Assembly (NCBI GenBank): GCA_963746535.1
Contig: CAVVBP010000007.1
Span: 684,149 to 748,148, forward strand
Length of the DNA stretch: 64,000 nt
Direction: 5' to 3'
From: Vicinamibacterales bacterium
GTDB lineage: Bacteria > Acidobacteriota > Vicinamibacteria > Vicinamibacterales > JAMQPK01
The notes below the pieces were generated by a model that worked only from the letters and a program-made list of their open reading frames with translations, ran no database searches and was not told the origin of the DNA. Below are positions 59,487-64,000 of the stretch, piece by piece (position 1 is the first letter of the stretch; each line of letters starts with the position of its first letter). The position numbers were made by a program, and so were the translations under genes.

Positions 59487-62400
59487 ATGACGCTGACCCG
59501 AAAGCGGCTCCCACTCATCACGCTCTGCTCGCTACTGCTGTCGGCAATGGCTTTCGCCCAAGTGACGACCGCCGATTTGGTAGGAACGATTCGGGACACC
59601 TCTGGTGGCATCGTGCCCGGTGTCACGGTCGTATTGACGAACGAGGCGACTGGGGTCAGCCGCACCGTTACCACCGGTGCGGCGGGGACATACATTTTCA
59701 CGACACTACAGCCCGGCCGCTACCGGCTCAGCGCCGAAATCCAGGGGTTTCGCAAGGTCGAACGCACGGGCGTCGAGTTGCAGGTCAATCAACGCGCAGC
59801 GATCGACCTGCAGCTCGAAGTCGGCCTGATCAGCGAGACCGTGACGATAGCGGGCACGGCGCCGCTGCTCGAGACGCAATCGTCGGTGCTCGGCACCGTG
59901 ATTGAGGAGAAGCAGGTGCAGGACCTGCCGCTGAGCGGACGCAACTTCGTGCAATTGGCCACGCTCAGTCCCGGTGTCTCGGGCGCGGGCTCCGGTATGC
60001 GCGGCACCATCATGAGCGGCACGCGACCCGATGACCTCCGTCCGGGCACCGAGCTCTTCGTCAACGGCAACAGGGAGAACTCGAACAATTACCTCTACGA
60101 CGGGGTCGACAACAACACGCGACTGACGCTGGTGACCGTGCTTCGCCCGAACGTCGAAGCGATCCAGGAATTCAAGGTCCAGACGAACCTCTATTCCGCC
60201 GATCAAGGCCGGAATCCCGGCGGACAGATCAACGTCGTCACCAAGTCCGGCGGCAACGCGTTTCGCGGCGTTGCGTACGAGTTCCTGCGCAACGCCAAGC
60301 TCGACGCGAACAACTTCTTCGCAAACCGTGCCGGCCAGGAGAAACCGCCGTTCGAGCAGAATCAGTTCGGAGGCGCCATCGGCGGGCCGATCGTCGCGAA
60401 CAAGACTTTCTTTTTCGCCGACTACGACGGTTTCCGCCAGGAGTTGGGCCGCGTCTTCGTCAACACCGTGCCGACGGCGAAGATGCGGCAAGGAGACTTC
60501 AGCGAAGTAGGGACCATCTACGATCCACTGACGACGGTGGCGGGTCCCGGCGGGAGCGTCACACGCTCGCCCTTCCCGGGGAACCAGATACCACAGAACC
60601 GCTGGGATCCGGTGACAGCCAAGTTGATGAACGCCTATCCGATGCCCACGACGTCAGCCTTGTCGAACAACCTTGTCACCACGCCATCACGCACACAGGA
60701 CTGGAATCAGTTCGACGTTCGCGTGGATCACACGCAGAGCGATCGGAATAACTTTCTCGGCCGCTACTCCTGGTCAAAGACGTCGACCGTCAACCCGTAC
60801 ACATTCGCGCCGGTTCAGCTTCCGGGAGTGTCAAAGGCCGTCGGTCTCGGGAACGAGGACACCTTCGCCGGTCCGTCAAATCTGTGGGCAGAACACGCTG
60901 TGTTCGGGTGGGTCCATGTGTTCTCATCGCGCCTCCTCCTGGATACGCGTGCCGGCTACAACCACTTCAATCTCGAGTTCACGCAAGCCGACGTCGTCAG
61001 CGGCGACCAGCTCGGAGAACAGCTCGGCGTGCGCAACGCCAATCAACAGCTCGGCCAGGACGGCATACCCATATTCAGTCCGGCGAACTACACGGGTATT
61101 GGTCACAGCCGTTCGCTGCCGATTTTCCGGCACGAAAACATGTTTCAATCCGTGACTAACCTGACCTACCAGGGTGAGAAGCACACGATCAAGACCGGCT
61201 TCGACGTTCGGCGCCGTCACATGGGCGAGTTCCAAACCAACCGCGGCAACGGGCGGTTCAACTTCTCCCCGAACATCACCAACAATCCCGTGACGAATAC
61301 GGGCGGGCACGTGATGGCTTCGTTCCTGCTTGGGGCGCCAAGTCTGATCGAGCAGGACTACCTGCTCGCGTCCGACGTCGGGATGCGCAGCATGGAATAC
61401 AGCGCCTACATCGCCGACGACTGGCGTGCGACGTCGAAGCTGACGTTGAATCTCGGCCTCGGTACGAGCTCGATACGCCGTTCACCGAAGTGGACAACCA
61501 ATGGGCGAGCTTCGATCCGGATACCGCAACGGTTCTCGTCGCCGGACGCAACGGCGTGAGCCGATCAGCGGGAGTGAACACCTTTACGAAGGCCTTTGCG
61601 CCTCGCCTTGGGTTTGCGTATCAGATTGCACAACGCACGGTCGTGCGCGGCGGAGCGGGCATCTTCTGGAACACGCCGGGCAACGGAGGTGCTGCGTTGC
61701 GGCTGCACAGGCACGTGCCCTTTGGGCCGATCTACAGCTTCAATCCGGGGACGCAGTTCGTGACGCAGCGCGTCTCCGACGGCTTCCCGACGATTCCGCC
61801 GCAAGATCTCTCGCTTGCCGACAATCCCGCCGGCAGCGTGATCGGCGTCGATCCGAACTATCAGCCGGGGTACGCCGAACAGTTCAATCTGACCGTCGAG
61901 CAGGAGCTTCCGGCGGCCACGCTGCTCAAAGTGTCGTACGTGGGCAACATCGGCAAGCATCTCGACACGACGTTCAACCTGAACCAGGCGGTACCGGGAA
62001 CAGGCGCCGTCAACAATCGCCGCCCGTTTTTCGCGGTCCGTCCCGCGCTGGCCGACGTGAACTGGGCCGTCTCCGACGGCACCGCGTCCTATCACGCGCT
62101 GCAATTGAGCGCCCAGAAGCGGCTGACGCACGGATTCAACGGGCTGCTGTCGTATACGTGGAGCCACGGCATCGACACCGTCGGTCAGAGTTTCGGTGGC
62201 GGCGCCGATGGACCCTTGCCGCAAGACCCCCTCAATCGACTCGCGAGCCAGGGCAATTCGCCGTTCGATATGCGCCATCGTCTGACGATCGCATGGAGTT
62301 ACGCGCTGCCTGGCGGTTGGCAGATCAACGGCATCAACCTCTTCCAGACCGGTCTGCCGTTTACGCCGACGCTCAGCGCGACGACGATCAATACGGGGAC

Positions 62401-62746
62401 TGGCCAGCGGCCCGACCGCATCGCAGACGGCAAGTTGGCGGACCCGACCGTGGACCGGTGGTTCGACACCTCGGCGTTTACGACGCCGGCGCCATTCACC
62501 TATGGCAACGCGGGCCGGAACATTCTGTATGGCCCTGGCCGCGTGAATTTCGATTTTTCGGTGTTCAAAGAGTTCCGCGTCAAAGCGGAATCACGGATCC
62601 AATTCCGCGCTGAAGTCTTCAACGCGTTCAACACGGCGCAGTTCGATCTCCCGAATGCGTCGATCGGCGCGGCCCAGGCGGGGACGATTACCGCTATCGT
62701 CGGCACGCCGAGGCAAATTCAATTGGGTATGAAGTTCATCTTTTGA
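59487..62746 (+). CDS. TonB-dependent receptor with carboxypeptidase-regulatory-like N-terminal domain (~1085 aa), one frame change at about 61460
   Basis: ATG 59487 follows AGGAGG. It has a signal peptide (MTLTRKRLPLITLCSLLLSAMAFA) and contains GTIRDTSGGIVPGVTVVLTNEATGVSRTVTTGAAGTYIFTTLQPGRYRL. Track ORFs 59406..61559 and 61490..62746 join as ...LNLGL-RYELDTPFTEVDNQW... if one C is added at 61460/61461. The C-terminus is ...QIQLGMKFIF. Confidence 0.85.
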
Positions 62747-62974
62747 TGCGACCTCCGGCTCACGCTGCGACGCGCGGTCGCCAAGGCGTTCTACGCCAGT
62801 GCTGTCCTGACACTGGCGTTGGGCATGGCCGGCGCTATGGTGATGTTCACGCTGGTGCGCGGCATACAGCTCAGGCCGTTGCCGGTTCCAGACGAGGACC
62901 GCCTTGTTGTGTCGTGGCGGGTGCTGCGCTCGGTGCATGGCAACGCACGTACCCGTATCGTTCAGAGGTATTGA
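62747..62974 (+). pseudogene. N-terminal stub of a MacB/FtsX-type (ADOP-like) ABC permease
   Basis: The frame beginning right after the receptor stop reads (C)DLRLTLRRAVAKAFYASAVLTLALGMAGAMVMFTLVRGIQLRPLPVPDEDRLVVSW... This matches the conserved first transmembrane helix and the start of the periplasmic domain of these permeases. It lacks a start and the usual preceding residues, and it stops after 75 codons. Confidence 0.45.
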
Positions 62975-63041
62975 GGCGAAAGCTCAGGCTGCGACGACGT
63001 ACAACGCCGTCGGCGTTCACGACACGTCGCAGACGATTTCG

Positions 63042-63983
63042 CTACTTCGCGGGCGCCTCGCGGACGAACCGCGCCGCATAGAGCGCAAGGTTGGAACCCG
63101 TGACCGCGTACGCTTCCGGAAGGAGCGTCATCAGCGTGGCCCCGGTGAGGCCCTGCTCGTAGGACACGAAGCGGTAGCGCGTGAGCTTGTCGCTCGGCCG
63201 CTCGTGGAACACGACCCACTCGCCGCTGAACTCGACCGTTCCCGCCGCCGCCGCGCGGACCACGCTGCCGCTGGACAGACCCTGAAACCTGTAGCTGTAC
63301 CGTCCGTCGGCGGCGATGGAATAGTAGTCCCCGGCAAACGTCACCGACGTGCCGGCGTAGGTGCCGGTACTGCCATTCACATACGAAACGACACTCGCGC
63401 CTCCGGTCTTCCAGTCGCCGACGAGATCCGCGACCCCGATCGTCGTCTTGATCGGCGCCGCACGCAGCGGAGCGATACGGACGCTGCCAATCACCATCCG
63501 CACCGTTTCATACAGGGCGTCGAGCACCGCACGGTTGGGACCGACAACCACCACCGGAACGAACGTCGCGACACTGGGCCGCAGGATATAGAGGGCGACC
63601 TCCCTGGTGCGATTGGCCACGGCGCCACCTGACCACTTCGCAGCATAGCCGACCGATCCGCGAACGTCGTAGATCGGCGACGGCAGCGACAGGCGGGGAT
63701 CATTCTCGACCAGCGCGCGCCACGCAATCGCAAAGTCCCTGTCGGCAGCGCCGCTCGTCGGCTGAGGCGCCGTCAGAAGGATGATCAGGTACGCGCCATT
63801 AGTGTTCTGCCAGACCATCTCGGCGCGATCAGGCGCGCGGGTCTCGTACTTCCAGCCGTCCGGCACTGCGAAGGACAGCGGCCCGATCGTCTTCACGTCG
63901 GCGATGGCGAGGCGCGGAAGCAGCGTCGTGGCCAGCAGCAACATGCCAGCCGTCAACGCTCTGCGATCTGTGCTATGTGGCAC
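63042..63983 (-). CDS. Secreted hypothetical protein (313 aa)
   Basis: Track ORF with a GTG start. It has a signal-like LTAGMLLLATTLLPRLAIA and a beta-rich body. I recognise no family. Confidence 0.55.
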   Translation of the reverse strand: MPHSTDRRALTAGMLLLATTLLPRLAIADVKTIGPLSFAVPDGWKYETRAPDRAEMVWQNTNGAYLIILLTAPQPTSGAADRDFAIAWRALVENDPRLSLPSPIYDVRGSVGYAAKWSGGAVANRTREVALYILRPSVATFVPVVVVGPNRAVLDALYETVRMVIGSVRIAPLRAAPIKTTIGVADLVGDWKTGGASVVSYVNGSTGTYAGTSVTFAGDYYSIAADGRYSYRFQGLSSGSVVRAAAAGTVEFSGEWVVFHERPSDKLTRYRFVSYEQGLTGATLMTLLPEAYAVTGSNLALYAARFVREAPAK

Positions 63984-64000
63984 GGCCGGTAAAACCCTGC

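Overview
This is a 64-kb, high-GC chromosomal segment from a diderm bacterium. Gene content and repeat style suggest an Acidobacteriota-like lineage, but that is inference only: CarboxypepD_reg-type TonB-dependent receptors, an ADOP-like permease stub, TamB/Omp85, and REP hairpins that translate as GLKPCAT/AQGFSPA. I can support about 47 protein-coding loci and one initiator tRNA-Met. I see no rRNA, no CRISPR and no intact transposase or integrase. Core content: a fused membrane/spermidine-synthase-like protein; a type IIA topoisomerase A/B pair that looks topo IV-like; metH preceded by an ArsR-methyltransferase fusion; a NicO-type metal transporter; an MFS exporter; and a reverse-transsulfuration pair (CBS-type enzyme plus a cystathionine gamma-lyase family enzyme). 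It also holds gamma-glutamyltransferase, a PQQ-type sugar dehydrogenase, a YcaQ/AlkZ-like glycosylase divergent from an imuA-imuB-dnaE2 mutagenesis cassette, two TonB-dependent receptors, msrPQ, pgi, a SET-domain protein and a HigBA-like toxin-antitoxin pair next to tRNA-fMet. The observations most worth a second look are these. (1) A TamB-like reading frame runs without a stop into the POTRA/Omp85 partner, giving an apparent single-chain TAM. (2) An N-terminal TIR domain is joined to one transmembrane helix and two tandem Cys-containing extracytoplasmic domains, a receptor-like topology. (3) There is a dense population of intergenic elements: a REP-like GC-stem/TTYA-loop hairpin family with compensatory stem changes, and at least eight families of 7-9-nt short-period tandem repeats arranged as long hairpins at gene ends. 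Some of these also occur in frame inside coding regions. (4) imuB and dnaE2 carry in-frame repeat insertions and a zinc-ribbon insertion. Major caveat: several genes (metH, ggt, the sugar dehydrogenase, dnaE2, and single sites in imuA, the Omp85 part, the TIR gene, a radical SAM gene and one TonB receptor) are interrupted by frameshifts. The protein sequence on either side of each shift stays conserved. This looks more like clustered assembly indels than decay, but I cannot decide that from the sequence alone.
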